Part shown: one piece after another, positions 41,171-54,845 of the stretch
Layout of the letters: each line of letters opens with the position of its first letter
How positions within the stretch are numbered: the first letter of the stretch is position 1
Origin: Octopus bimaculoides
Taxonomy: Eukaryota
Reading direction: 5' to 3'
Assembly: GCF_001194135.2 (NCBI RefSeq)
Contig: NC_068999.1
Span: 50,890,713-50,954,712, forward strand
Length of the DNA: 64,000 bases
Program-made: the position numbers and the translations under genes
Notes under the pieces: generated by a model
What the model was told of the DNA's origin: nothing
Seen by the model: only the letters and a program-made list of their open reading frames with translations
Database searches by the model: none

Positions 41171-41779
41171 ATGCACATACACGCACATACATGTGTGTGC
41201 GTGTGTGTATGTGTGTATGTGTGTATGTGTATGTGTGTGTGCAACGGGCCTCCATACTCTTTCTGTCTACCAATTTCTCTCACTAGGCGAGGACACTTGA
41301 CCAACTTGAACCTGAAATGATATTTCTAAGCGAGCTGCTTTACGACACAGCCATGCCGCACCTATTTACATTACTTACATAGTTATATTACAGTAGTTTT
41401 TGTTGAGGAGTCTATTCACTAATTAATACATTGGTTATACATATGTATTATCGTATTTGTTCATAAATTTTGCTGACTTCTATTATATCTTATACTATAA
41501 TAGGAGATATTGCCGAAATCGTTGGTTGAGATTCATGTCATCATAAATGCAAATAGAAACGAGACGCTGATTGATATCAAATTTATTCAAACATCCTCGT
41601 GTCATCTAGTCACGAAATCACAATACATCTTTAATATTGAACATTAGCATTCTACTTAAATGTACAATACTGAAGTACGTGACATCTTCTCATATATAGG
41701 CTTTCAATGATATAGAAATGCGCGTGAATTGTATGAAGCTTCTTTTTATTATTTAGGGAGAAAGCTAGCACCAAGTCAC

Positions 41780-42560
41780 ATCTAGTTCTTACTCCAAAAT
41801 TATGATATCGCTTGAGCTGCATTTCATTTTGGAACTTTTGCAAAGAAATAGAGGAAGAGACACTGAAGGTCAGGTGTGAAATTCCGTGAAGTTCTACCCG
41901 TACAGAGTGGCTCTGACTGTAATTAACTCTTTTCGTATTTTGAATTTGGTCCTTCAACCACTCATCGACACCTGCGTGCCATCGGAAAAAATCAGCAAAT
42001 TGTGTCAATGAGTTCCTCACAAACTTTCCAAGTCTAACTGTGTGCAGAGTGTGAATGTCTGCTCTTGTTTGCTGTCTGAATGGCGACTAGTGACGAGAAA
42101 TGTGTTCTTTATATGAATGTCAAGCGCCGAAGACATTGGGCAGGGAAGGGATAAACAGCGGTACCTCAGGCTAAAAAAGGTTTTTACCCACGTAATGTGT
42201 TGTTATCTGGTAGTATATGAAAGGTTTAGTCCACTTTGAACTTTTAAACTCAAACCAAACAATAACAAAGGTGATCTACTGCGAGCAGCTTGAGCGGCTC
42301 AAGTCAGCGGTAGATGAAAAACGATCATCTTTGTATGCAAGACGAAAGTTTTGTCTTCCATCAGAATAATGATCGGCCATATACAGTGAAGATGAAATTC
42401 CAAAGGCTGGCGCAGTTTGGATGGAAAAGGATGCCCCACCCACCACATTCGCCGGACATTGTCCCATCTGATTATCGTTTATTCCGATCTTTAAAATTAT
42501 TTGAACAGACAAAATATGAATTCTGTAGAGGAAGTCAGAAGAGTACTGGAAGAAATCAGT
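41780..42560 (+). mobile_element. Mariner transposase pseudogene (DD34D)
   Basis: Broken frames give RHLRAIGK..KL.Q*VPHKL (WVPHxL), ATSDEKC (TGDEKW), YCEQLERL, and in ORF 42314-42652 HQNNDRPY...PHPPHSPDIVPSDYRLFRSL, with 34 residues between the second and third catalytic positions. Confidence 0.92.
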
Positions 42561-42984
42561 TGCCCAATGTGAAGTGCAGTGGAACTGAACCCGAAACCAA
42601 GCCGTTGCTAAGTGATAGTCTTAACCGAACATCCATACCTGATCTTATATAATAAAATTCAGATAATTTTATTAATGAGTTAAAGCGCCTTTGTAACACA
42701 AACAAAAAGTTACATTTTGAATAGAGTTGTAATAAATAATGAATAAATTAATTAATATATGAATAAATATGAGCATCATATCTTCTGGGTGTACACTGTT
42801 GATTTTGTTTCATTAAAGCGCAAATCGAGGAGAGTGTGAAATATTAAGAAATTCAACATCTTATTTCTGGGTGTACAAAGATTTTGCGATGTTTTCGTAG
42901 TTCCAATTCACATAGGATTTTTATATTTTTATAATGTGTTCTTTGGTAATTCTTGACAACAAGTTTTGGAGTGTTTACGACCTC

Positions 42985-43125
42985 TCAACTTAGAGTTTCG
43001 GCAAAGACACGAGAGAATATGTACAAAGTGACAGACAGGATAAGTAGAGAAACATTGCAAGGCGATGCTCCATTATAGCCGCAGTCAAATGACCGAAATA
43101 AGTAAAAGAATAAAATAATAAAATA
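42985..43125 (+). mobile_element. SINE family B 3' tail
   Basis: TTTCGGCAAAGA...GGCGATGCTCCA..ATAGCCGCAGTCAAATGACCGAAATAAGTAAAAGAATAAAA, the reverse complement of the 3573/4180 type. Confidence 0.75.
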
Positions 43126-43960
43126 TGATAATGAATTGTATAACAGGCTGAATAAAATATTTTGTTTACTGTAGAATTATAAGCAATTTGCTGTATATAA
43201 GTTGTGGCAATGGAATCATATACGAACCCTCAAGTGGCTTATTGTCGTGTGCCAGAGTGGCCGAAATCCAATAACTGAAACGCGTAAAAGATAAAACACT
43301 TAACGCACTAACAAAATATCACCTCCAGTTAAAAATAAACCGTTTATTATGTTTTGTTGTTAATGTTTAAGGATTTGCTTCCTGATGTATCCATAACACA
43401 GATGTTCTGGTAGCATGACTAAATGCTAAGTATACATAATGAAATGGGTTTAGCTATTATTAGGGATAATGTTTTCTCTAAATACACAAGTAAACAGATG
43501 GTGCAGATACTGATGGCAACCTGTGCAACAGGCGAGGTAATTGTGCCAGATCGGGTGGGATACTGGCATACATGTCTGCTACTTTATTACATGTTTGGTT
43601 TGTCTGTTTGTTTGAGCGGGTGTGAGAGTTATTTCATGATAACTAGCGCAGTATAGCTTGTTCTAACAGAACATCTATGTTTGAGTGGGGAAAAATATTA
43701 CCTCAAAATATTGTATATCTGAATGGAATTATAATACGAGGTTCAAAACATTGGTCTTCAGGATATTGATGTATTGATATTTTGTAACATTTTGTATAGG
43801 AAATGCATGCTGTTATGTGGGCGATTTTAAATTATCCTTACATCGGCCTCAATCCAGTATACACAGAATACACAGATCCTCTCCATTGCAAGGGTAATCA
43901 CTCCGTGTATTTTTTTTTCGGATACAGTCTTCAGGCCTCGGCTGAAACCAGTCAAAGATA

Positions 43961-43997
<37 letters not shown>

Positions 43998-45269
43998 ATA
44001 GATATATTCTCCATTTTTTAAAGAAAAACAAATAAAAGCAAACAAGCAACAAGGAGTTAGGTAATTTGACAAATAATCGATTGCTTTTAGGATAAAATTT
44101 GTTGGATACTTAGATAGTTGTCTTATTGAAAAACAGGAAGAAATTACTAAAATTATTGAGTGTTTACAATTATATCAATATTCTTAGGGAAGACAGTGAA
44201 ACCAGAATGTCGTTCTTATTTGTCAGGAAATTACATTTTAGCCAAGCTTAATGGTTATGTGCTGCATGATATCTTGCAATGTTTTCCTTGAGATCTTTAT
44301 AGTATAAAATAATCGTTTTTTTAAGAAATAGGTAGATTTTAAATTGTATGCTTGTCATAAAAACTTTGCTAGCAAAAAATGTTGATTTTGGTTTACTGAC
44401 GTCTTAGATACATAAAATATTAGAACTAGATTCCAAGTACAGGGTTCGTGGCAACCGACTATTTTTTCCGACGTTGGTGTCTCAGTATGGTCTCTGATTA
44501 GTGGCTGAAACCAGTAAATGAACGAAACAAGATTAGACTAACAATTATCGAATTTATGTTAAATGTTATGTTATAATGCTATCAGTTTCAAGAATTCTTC
44601 TTGAAATAAATAACTTGCACATCTTCATATAGATAAGTTTATATGGCCTTAAATTTCAAACGATATTGTATAAATTTCAAACAATATTGTCATTGCCCCT
44701 ATACTCTATTTGTTATAGATCATCTTGATCAAACGTGCCTGCAAGAACCAACGATAACTGAAATGCCCGAAAAGGGGAGAAAAACAGGAATATTTTCCCT
44801 TAATATTGATTGAATTTAGCGTTGAGATTGAACCACTACGACTAATATTTACTTATGAAAACCCGAAAAATACCATTGACATAATTCATTGATATTGGCG
44901 CATTTTGCTTTAATTAATCGCAAACATAGGACGGGCAGATTTCCAGTGTCAACTTCGAGGAATTCCCCGAAGCCTTCATTTAATGTTAATATATGCGGGT
45001 TGCCAAAAAAATTATTGCTACTGATATAAGCCGTGATCGGGAAAGAAACATTCATAAAAGCAATGTGCGAAGTGAAATAAACAAAGTCGAAACAATATAA
45101 GATAATATATAGTGTAATGTATAACAGTTATTTGCTTTAGAAATGAGATTTGTAGCGTTAAACATTACAAACTACTTCACATAAAGAACTTGAAAGGGTT
45201 CTGTTTACAATTTTGATTCAATTGCCTGGTTTTCTTTTATCGTATATCTACTACTAGTAACATAAATGT

Positions 45270-45343
45270 TATTATTATTTCTACTGCTACTACAACTACT
45301 ACCACTGTTGCTACCTGTAGTTATGATGGTTATGGTGGTGGTT

Positions 45344-45413
<70 letters not shown>

Positions 45414-45420
45414 AAGTAGC
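45270..45420. repeat. Compound (CTA)/(GGT)/(GTA)n trinucleotide field
   Basis: Direct reading. Confidence 0.9.
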
Positions 45421-46908
45421 AGAGTGAGTCATTCATTTTGGCTGAATAATGAAGTAATATTGATAAATAATTTATTCCATTTCTTCGTTTATATTTGCGA
45501 TTGTTTAGCGACCCTACCCCCACTAACTCTATATATACACCCACATACATACGCACACGCACACACACACGCACACACACACACATATATATATATATAT
45601 ANNNNNNNNNNNNNNNNNNNNNNNNNNNNNNNNNNNNNNNNNNNNNNNNNNNNNNNNNNNNNNNNNNNNNNNNNNNNNNNNNNNNNNNNNNNNNNNNNNN
45701 NNNNNNNNNNNNNNNNNNNNNNNNNNNNNNNNNNNNNNNNNNNNNNNNNNNNNNNNNNNNNNNNNNNNNNNNNNNNNNNNNNNNNNNNNNNNNNNNNNNN
45801 NNNNNNNNNNNNNNNNNNNNNNNNNNNNNNNNNNNNNNNNNNNNNNNNNNNNNNNNNNNNNNNNNNNNNNNNNNNNNNNNNNNNNNNNNNNNNNNNNNNN
45901 NNNNNNNNNNNNNNNNNNNNNNNNNNNNNNNNNNNNNNNNNNNNNNNNNNNNNNNNNNNNNNNNNNNNNNNNNNNNNNNNNNNNNNNNNNNNNNNNNNNN
46001 NNNNNNNNNNNNNNNNNNNNNNNNNNNNNNNNNNNNNNNNATATATATATATATATACACACACAAACTTGTTACCAGTTCAAGTGTGCTTGAGGTACAT
46101 TCGAAGCCATATGAAAGTCATTCATTGCACTTGGTCATGGAGAAAATTTCTCCTGTTTGTCTACAGCGAAGAATTTTCTCCATGATAAAATACAGCGAAT
46201 AGCTTTCTTACGTGTTCGAATATCCCAGAAGCATATTGGAACTAGTATCAATACTACATATGCCTACACACATGCACACACACATACACAGAAAAACACA
46301 CACATACACAGAGACACACACACACATATAGATATTGCCGCATATTCCGATGGCCAGTGTAATAAATAAGAAAAATAATAAATAAATATGCAACAGAAAA
46401 GAAAAACGACAACAATCAAATATTGTCTTACTTCTTTTTAAGTAAGGGGTACTCTTTCCTCGCGGTAACAATTATATAAATTAATGCTCAACTTGGTTGC
46501 ACCTGTTGATGTATCCTTATACGTTCCAGGTTAATTGGGTGAATGATGACTCATTCCCACACATCTATCAAAATTATTTTAAGTAATGTTAGCTAACGCT
46601 TCAATTACTGTGATTAATAGTTAGTTAACATTCTAGTTTCTGCAATAATATTTATAATATTCACTTAAATTGATTCTGTACCCGTCCTGGAAAAATTGTG
46701 TGAACTCACTGAAAATTAAAATGGACTTTGTCTGGTGGCGGATCCATCGGTCAAGATTGGGCATAGGTTTGCCCATGTATGTGCAGGCCTGGCAATTATT
46801 TTTGGTATTTGCTCGCTCCTTCAAATCTATCCTCTACACGTTTGACCCAGAGAAATGACGCTGACGTAGGGTCGATATAATTTAAGAAGAAGAAGAAGAA
46901 GAAGAATG

Positions 46909-46950
<42 letters not shown>

Positions 46951-47636
46951 ATGTATGTATGCATTTATGCATATATATATANNNNNNNNNNNNNNNNNNN
47001 NNNNNNNNNNNNNNNNNNNNNNNNNNNNNNNNNNNNNNNNNNNNNNNNNNNNNNNNNNNNNNNNNNNNNNNNNNNNNNNNNNNNNNNNNNNNNNNNNNNN
47101 NNNNNNNNNNNNNNNNNNNNNNNNNNNNNNNNNNNNNNNNNNNNNNNNNNNNNNNNNNNNNNNNNNNNNNNNNNNNNNNNNNNNNNNNNNNNNNNNNNNN
47201 NNNNNNNNNNNNNNNNNNNNNNNNNNNNNNNNNNNNNNNNNNNNNNNNNNNNNNNNNNNNNNNNNNNNNNNNNNNNNNNNNNNNNNNNNNNNNNNNNNNN
47301 NNNNNNNNNNNNNNNNNNNNNNNNNNNNNNNNNNNNNNNNNNNNNNNNNNNNNNNNNNNNNNNNNNNNNNNNNNNNNNNNNNNNNNNNNNNNNNNNNNNN
47401 NNNNNNNNNNNNNNNNNNNNNNNNNNNNNNNNNNNNNNNNNNNNNNNNNNNNNNNNNNNNNNNNNNNNNNNNNNNNNNNNNNNNNNNNNNNNNNNNNNNN
47501 NNNNNNNNNNNNNNNNNNNNNNNNNNNNNNNNNNNNNNNNNNNNNNNNNNNNNNNNNNNNNNNNNNNNNNNNNNNNNNNNNNNNNNNNNNNNNNNNNNNN
47601 NNNNNNNNNNNNNNNNNNNNNNNNNNNNNNNNNNNN

Positions 47637-47668
<32 letters not shown>

Positions 47669-47825
47669 ATATATATAGTCAGATTAAACGAAATTTCTTA
47701 GGAAATGATGAATAAAGAATTTAAATAAAAATCTGAATAAATTGACAGCGGAACGCTTCAACGTCACATGCAACTCAATTTCAAAACACAGTGATACCAT
47801 CGATATGGCTTTCGTATAAAAATAG

Positions 47826-48010
47826 AATTGTTGGAACATCGGGTAGAATACCTTGTGGTATTTAATTACAGTACTTTACGATCTCAGGTTAAATAATTTT
47901 CCTTTTCTTCCATCGCGGATCGATAAAATAGAGTATCTGTCAAGATCTAGTGTCGATAATGTCACCTAAGTCCTCCAGTAAAACTACTGCTCTCGTTTCA
48001 AAATTAAACA
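47826..48010 (+). mobile_element. Highly diverged SINE family A
   Basis: TTTCTTCCATCGCGGATCGATAAAATAGAGTA...CTAGTGTCGAT collinear with the family A body. Confidence 0.45.
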
Positions 48011-49472
48011 GTATCATCATAGTCTTTTTTTCTCTTGAAATTTATATGCACGTAAGAATAAATAGAAGGTACTGATTAATGAATTAAATAATAGCGTGAT
48101 TTCAAGGAATATCATTGCAACAATTTTCAGAATAATACGATTGCTTTATGAGATTCATAAAGATCAGAAAAAAGTTGGCGGTCTAAATCTTTGCAATCAT
48201 TAATGTTAATGAAGTAAAGTGGTGAATGGCAAAAGCTAGAAACTGGCCTTGTACTTTTAGCTTACCTGTATTTTAAGCAACTCGCATATATTGTATGGTT
48301 TAAATCTGAATGAGTGTACATTGAGAAATTAACGCTCACTGTAGTGAATGCTGAAATTCATCTCTATTCTATCTATTACTTTTTGTTATTTCTCGTTTAC
48401 CTATGCCCTCGTGTTGGAAATTGCCCGTCACGTAACTTCCTTATCTTTAATTTTCATTTTGCTAATAAAATAGAGAATTCACATACTGCAGAAAGAGATC
48501 ACACCTGCTAGGAATATTATATAAACAATTTAGAAAATTAAACTATTTAACGTGCAGCGAAGATCAATGGTTGAATTAATTTCCCTAATTCTTCTGCTTG
48601 TTTATGGGTGTAGATTTAATGAGATATCAGCTTTCATTTCAACTTCAATTTCTGCTTAAAGACCTTCAGTAGTTTCAATAACCGAAATGTAAACTATATA
48701 ATTGAAAGCCAACTTGCAATTACCTCTACGTTGCTATCTAATGGGCATATTCCTAGATTAATTCTATACGAGTTCAATGAATCCCTATACGGTAACAGCG
48801 TTGTGATAGGAATTCGCCTTATAATTAATGAAACCTCACGTCACTCAAAGTCAAACGCAAAAACCACAGATTCCATAGAATATTATGCAGCTCAACGGAG
48901 AGTTGGATTCATCTTTCATGTTCTTCACTTAAAGACGTGTCCCTAGCAAAAACATAATTTTGAACATCTGGATGTAGAAATGCTGACAGTGGTCCATCTA
49001 TGTAACCTAAATACTCTAAGGGATTACCAAATGGAATTACAATAGAGAGCCCTGATCTACGTAAACTATCAGGTAGTCTGCTTTGCACAAAACGATACAG
49101 AGGGAAATCCGTTCGCCTTTGGCAGCGCCGAATGCTTTTGAGAATATATCATACACTGCATAGAAACTAAGGCGTTGATTTATATGATTTATATTCATAA
49201 ATGAGCGAATAAAATTTTAAACGTGAATTGTGACGTTTCAAAATCGTTGTTGTCAGTCATCTTAACGGCGAGTCGGTATACATGCTTACACACACACATA
49301 CACATACACATACACACACACTCGCACGCACATACACATACTGGCACATACGCAAACACTAAAACGAACACACAAATGTATATATATGTTTTATTTTCTG
49401 TTCGCTGAGAGAGAGAGAGTGTATGTGTGTGTGTGTGTGGTGTGTGTGAAAGAGGAGGGAGAGGGGGTGAGA

Positions 49473-49561
<89 letters not shown>

Positions 49562-49749
49562 GCCATGATAGATCGCTGACCACTAAACACATTTTTTTAT
49601 CTCCTTGTTTCTTTGTGTGTTCCTTTCTGTGGAAGAGCGTAGGCTTGAAACGTTAAAGACTTTTTCACTTCCCGAGTGTTATATTAATACATCTATTTGT
49701 TTTCTACACCACCTGTCTTCGTCTGTTGTATTTTTTCTGAATTCTCCCT
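49562..49749 (+). mobile_element. Short TA-flanked non-coding repeat carrying a hammerhead-like motif (Penelope-like/retrozyme-like)
   Basis: Flanked on both sides by TA arrays; contains CTTT-CTGTGGA-A-GAGC-GTAG-GCTT-GAAA-CG-TT-AAAG; 3' part related to 23033-23130 (-). Confidence 0.6.
49623..49658 (+). ncRNA. Minimal type I hammerhead-ribozyme-like motif (A6U core variant, extra A after A9)
   Basis: Stem I CTTT/AAAG, stem II GAGC/GCTT with GTAG loop, palindromic CG stem III, GUU cleavage triplet. Confidence 0.5.
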
Positions 49750-49750
49750 A

Positions 49751-49785
<35 letters not shown>

Positions 49786-50898
49786 GAGTGTTTGAGTGCG
49801 TAAGAGTATGAGCTTAAGATCATAATAGTTTGAGGTATCGAATCTCAAGCGTACTAATACAATGAATTTACACTACAACCATTGCTCCAGAACGTGTCGA
49901 TGGTATATAAATTTTGGCTAGTGCAGTTCATCTATGAGTAATACGCACAGTTAATAGTCATAGCTTCACAATATAATATCCAAATGGTTTTGTAATTAAA
50001 CTCATTGAGCTTGAAGCAAATGATCAATGACTTTCAAACATCCTGGGACCAGATGAAACACAACAGCAACTTGTGCTTGTCTATTACGAAGTTTTTTTCT
50101 CAACCCCAGCGATGCGGGAGAACAGAGCGTTAGGATAGAACCATGGACGCTTTGATCGATATTCTGTTAACAGTGTTATTGTACCATATTTCTCACCGCA
50201 GGACAGTTTAGATTTACTCTGAATAAAAATGTATATAAATTTTTGGCTAAAGATAATTTCCTGTTTGCGAGTCCGTACATATCTGTTAGTGAACTGTTTT
50301 GAGATTTTGTATATTGTTAGTATATAGACGTTAACTGAGTGTGCACACTAACCGATAGCGTGTATGCGACTGTATGTATATGCCTTTATGTGGTTGTATC
50401 AATGCGTCCTTATGTGTTTCACCATATTTCATATGTGAATAATATACATCTAATATTTCATAAAAATTTTATAAGTTTCAAATTGACATCTGAACTATAC
50501 TTTGAACCAATTTACCAAAGCAGATGAGTTTTTCTGAATTATTATATTTTAATACAAGTGTCAAATTAATTAATGGGAGATTATATTTCGTCGAGACCCA
50601 ACTATATTTTATCATGACTCGATGCTTCAGAAAATAGTAAAGATCATAAAAAAAAATAGAGAGAGAAATTCTTGTAGTATCATCCATGTACGTTTATTGG
50701 TCACAAGTACTTATGGCAATTTCCCAATAACTCAAGAATAGCTAAAATAATATGATCGCTATAATAAATATGTATGAAAGATATTGCAGTGTCAGAAAAC
50801 GTAGAGAATCTAATTACCTACATGGAAATAGTTTGGTATTTTCTTCAACCTGACGAGGTTTACTTTTCTTTCACTTACTCAGATTTTGTAAGTACTAC

Positions 50899-50945
<47 letters not shown>

Positions 50946-51972
50946 TTAAATATATATATATATATATTTATATNNNNNNNNNNNNNNNNNNNNNNNNNNN
51001 NNNNNNNNNNNNNNNNNNNNNNNNNNNNNNNNNNNNNNNNNNNNNNNNNNNNNNNNNNNNNNNNNNNNNNNNNNNNNNNNNNNNNNNNNNNNNNNNNNNN
51101 NNNATATATATATATATATATATATATAAATTACATAAACACATACACCACAATCATACATTTAGGCTTATGATTATGCCAAAAAATCCTTATTGTGAAG
51201 TCATTGTTACGAAGTATCTAATATTGTTTAGGCTTTTCTGAATTTCTCCTTCTGCTCAGTTCAAATTCTGAAGGCATTGACGTTGTGCTTATGTTTGTTT
51301 AGCTGAACAGATATTTTAAAAAATCAAGTGCTAGGCTACGTCAGTATCATTGAATACGTTGTCCTAGAACACTTCTAGAAGATTTGTACTTTTTTAAAAA
51401 TAAATATAACAGACCAACATGTTGGAATGAAATATCGGCAGATAATTTCAGAAGTTTTTACCAAGATTTAGTTACAGGAAATTCTCATTTTCAGTATAAT
51501 ATTTTGTGACTCTCGAGGATTTATAAAATACAATACGTAGTAACCATCTGCTCAATTCTTATCAATCGACCAATACCTATTCTTAAGAGCTGTGGCCATC
51601 TGCCAAATTTATAACACTTTTGTTATCGTGTTGATCACAACAGCTGCAATGGATAGTGTAGACAGCAGAAACCGCTTCTGAAACCATTCCCCAGACATTC
51701 CTGCAATATTATATACAGAAAAGTCATTAGTAGACGTAGCTTATGGAGAGCTTATATTTGAATGAATTACTGTTGAATAAAAGCTAACGAAGTTCGTGAA
51801 TCTATTAAAACTTTCGTTTAAAAACAATTGTTTCCACTTATACTGAGATTTTGTCATATTCAAGATTTGGAAGAAAATGTGTACAGCAGGTGTTTACTTA
51901 GCTTTTGGCACATGTAGATATGGAAGTAAGAAATTGTTCTGAACCAAACTTTTAAGCATACTTGTATTGCAG

Positions 51973-52023
51973 CGTCTATTTCTGCTGTCCTGGTCTATGA
52001 ATATGGTGAACTCCAACTGAAGC
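51973..52023 (+). CDS. Candidate 51-nt phase 1-1 coding exon of an unidentified host gene (xSISAVLVYEYGELQLK)
   Basis: Acceptor CTTGTATTGCAG, donor AAGC|GTAAGT, length a multiple of 3, only one open frame; no homology recognised. Confidence 0.35.
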
Positions 52024-52856
52024 GTAAGTACAGCTATAAATATGCAATGACAGAGAGATTTACTGATGGTATGTCGATCGAAGAGACATGGGTTAACATC
52101 CTTATTCTTTGTGGTTGCCAATGATATGAGATTAGATTCTGGACTGTAAATGCCTGCACGTATGAGTAAGTTCTTAAGAGGTGTTGGCACTTACAGATAT
52201 ATGATACTAATTCACCTGCCGTCGGATACCCATGTTTAGATGGGTATATGGTCTTTATTGTACCATGTTAACCGTTGGAAGTTGGTACAGATCATCAGCT
52301 GCCTGAATCGAAATCAGTACATAGTGTGTTAGTGTATTCAATGTCATTACTTTCTCATCGCTAGAAGACTGCAATTGCAAGGGAGAGAACTCCGCTATAA
52401 GGAATCGTGGCAGATACCCTACATATGACCCGGAGCCAAATGGTTCTGCTAAAAACGTGTGCCAAACCACACACACACACACACACTTATTAACATGGCA
52501 TGAATGTCATCCAATTTATTCTGAACGATGCGTACATAAATCTTACCTGGGAGAGTATTTATTTTTAAAGAAGTTACGCATGCTATGTGTTTTACTATTC
52601 AATCAAATTATAGATATTTTATTGCTTTGTAGATGTTGTAGAATATGAGATTTACATGGATATTATAAGGATATTATATAAGGTAGACGTTTACTTATCT
52701 AAAGTAGTTATAATACTAATTTGTATATTTTATAAATGAATTTCTAACTGTAGTTTGGAGAAGATCTGCTACTTTCCCCATCTTTTGTTCTATGAAATGA
52801 GCAATTATCACGGATTTGTGTCGTGTTTATCATTATCAACACGATCAATTGGAACA

Positions 52857-53070
52857 GCGGTGAGGTGGCATAATCGTTAGCACGCCGGACAGAATATTTA
52901 GCGGCATTTCGTCCTCCTTTACGTTCTTAGTTGAAATTCCACCGAGGTCAACTTTACGTTTCTTCCTTCCGAGGTCAATGAAATAAATAGTAGTTGAGTA
53001 CTTCCCCACTTACTTAAACGACTTACTCTCTCCCTGAAATTGCTGGCCTTATGCCTAAATTTTAAATCAA
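52857..53070 (+). mobile_element. SINE family A, near full length
   Basis: GCGGTGAGGTGGCATAATCGTTAGCACGCCGG...TTAGCGGCATTTCGTC...GAAATTCCACCGAGGTCAACTTT...CCTTCCGAGGTC. Confidence 0.85.
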
Positions 53071-54845
53071 TATCAACAAAGGGAATACGTCAGCTTGTAC
53101 AGAATCAAGGCGATGCAGGCAAAACCCATTTTCGTCATCGTAATCTCTCAATCTGTAGCAGTGTAGCTCTATTAAATTTATCCGATGATATTTATATAGT
53201 GGAATTTGTCTTTACAAAGACATATTCTATATACCATATAACAGTTTGGTAATCAAGAATGAAATATTTTCAAATGATTTGAAAACTAAGCTAAAGAAGA
53301 CCCTTTCTTTGTTATATGCTTTGCAGCACTTCCGAATCCTTTCAGCCATATGTCATGAGGTTAACGCAGAAAATTCATTTGGGCAAATCAAATAAACAGA
53401 AACAGTATGCATTAGTAATCTACCTGCTGGATGAATTGAAATCTATATTGCAAGCTAAGGAATCATTTCCCAATAATTTTTAAGTGTTTTCACTGATTAG
53501 ATTGGCGAGTAGTGAATATTTTAAGTTAGTGGAACGAAATATGTGAATATTCCTTGCTTCTGTCCTGAAAACATCATAGTGAATGAATAGAAGATTAGAA
53601 CTAACGCGTTCTCAGCTAATTGTATGTTGTGATATCAATATAGTCGCCCCTTCTATCTTCTTTTGTTTTCCCCTTGATACATAAATGAATATATCTTCCC
53701 ATCAAATAAAACATTGCAAGCTGTAATAAATCCTTCTTGAAAAGATACTTAAATTTAATGAAGTGGGAACTAAATAGAAAACTGAAATCCATCTTTACAA
53801 GTTCACTAAAACATTGCATATTAATCATATACCCTGTAGAATCCTAATGCTGTACTTCATTTAATTAATCCCATTAGCTGGTTGCCAGTTAATATAAAGT
53901 GTGGTTATTCCTTTGCCTGTGTGACATCACAGTTTTGAAATGAATCGAACATTGTCGAGGTAAGATAATGGTAATGTTTCATTAACTTGTTACAAGCATT
54001 AATGATAGAGGATTATAATGAATGACTATATTATATCCCATAATCTAGTGTGATAAATGAGATCAATTAGTTGACTTTACATGTTCACAGATATACATCC
54101 ACGTAATAGGTGCCCTGTGTGGTTTTGGCTTTCAGAAAGTGAGAAAATGAGAGTTGTCATGACAATAACTACACTAAGAGATTTACTTGAAAATCAAATC
54201 AGAAGCAGTCACAATCGTGAATTGAAACTGGTTCGAAAGTTCACACCGCGCCCAAACTCTACATTAGCTAATTTGCTGATCTATGACAGGAGACTCACCA
54301 CCAAGCTAGGTATAAACAATGTAACTATAATTTAGTTCGATGAAAGCAACAATCAATAAAGCTAATAAAGCTCAAATTGTAGTATATTCTGGTATCGCAA
54401 ACCGAAGCAGGAATAAATTACCTCTGCTGTAGATTTAATGTCAATTCAAAGAAGCATTCGAGTGACGGACAAACATGCTTTATGTTATTCGTTCCAGGAC
54501 TTTGCGTTATGAGTTCGAATTCCAATAAGTTCAACGTTGTTCTTACTACATTCATTTTACGGAAAGTCGTACTATTTTGTAATTTAAGGTTACTTATAGG
54601 CTTGTAAATGGATTAGTCAGGTACACACACCAGAAATCAGATTGAGATAGAGTTGGTTTTGGTGATATTAGATTTCTATTAAGAATTTTAAACTGGGTAT
54701 CTCAGAAAGTTATAAATCATATTTCTAAGAGTGTTTTTTTTTTAGTGCGAATTTTATGTATTTTCTACATTTTTATCTTTTATATTTTTCCACTTATTAG
54801 AGTTATTTCCCTTATATTTAAGGGGTTTTCGTAGCGTCTGTTGCC

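Noticed and set aside
43913-43940. Minus-strand CTGAAGA-8nt-GAAA hammerhead candidate
   Set aside because: The intervening CTGTATCC cannot form stem II, and stems I and III are absent
53933-53959. 27-nt exon candidate FEMNRTLS (CAG...GAG|GTAAGA)
   Set aside because: Too short to support without transcript data
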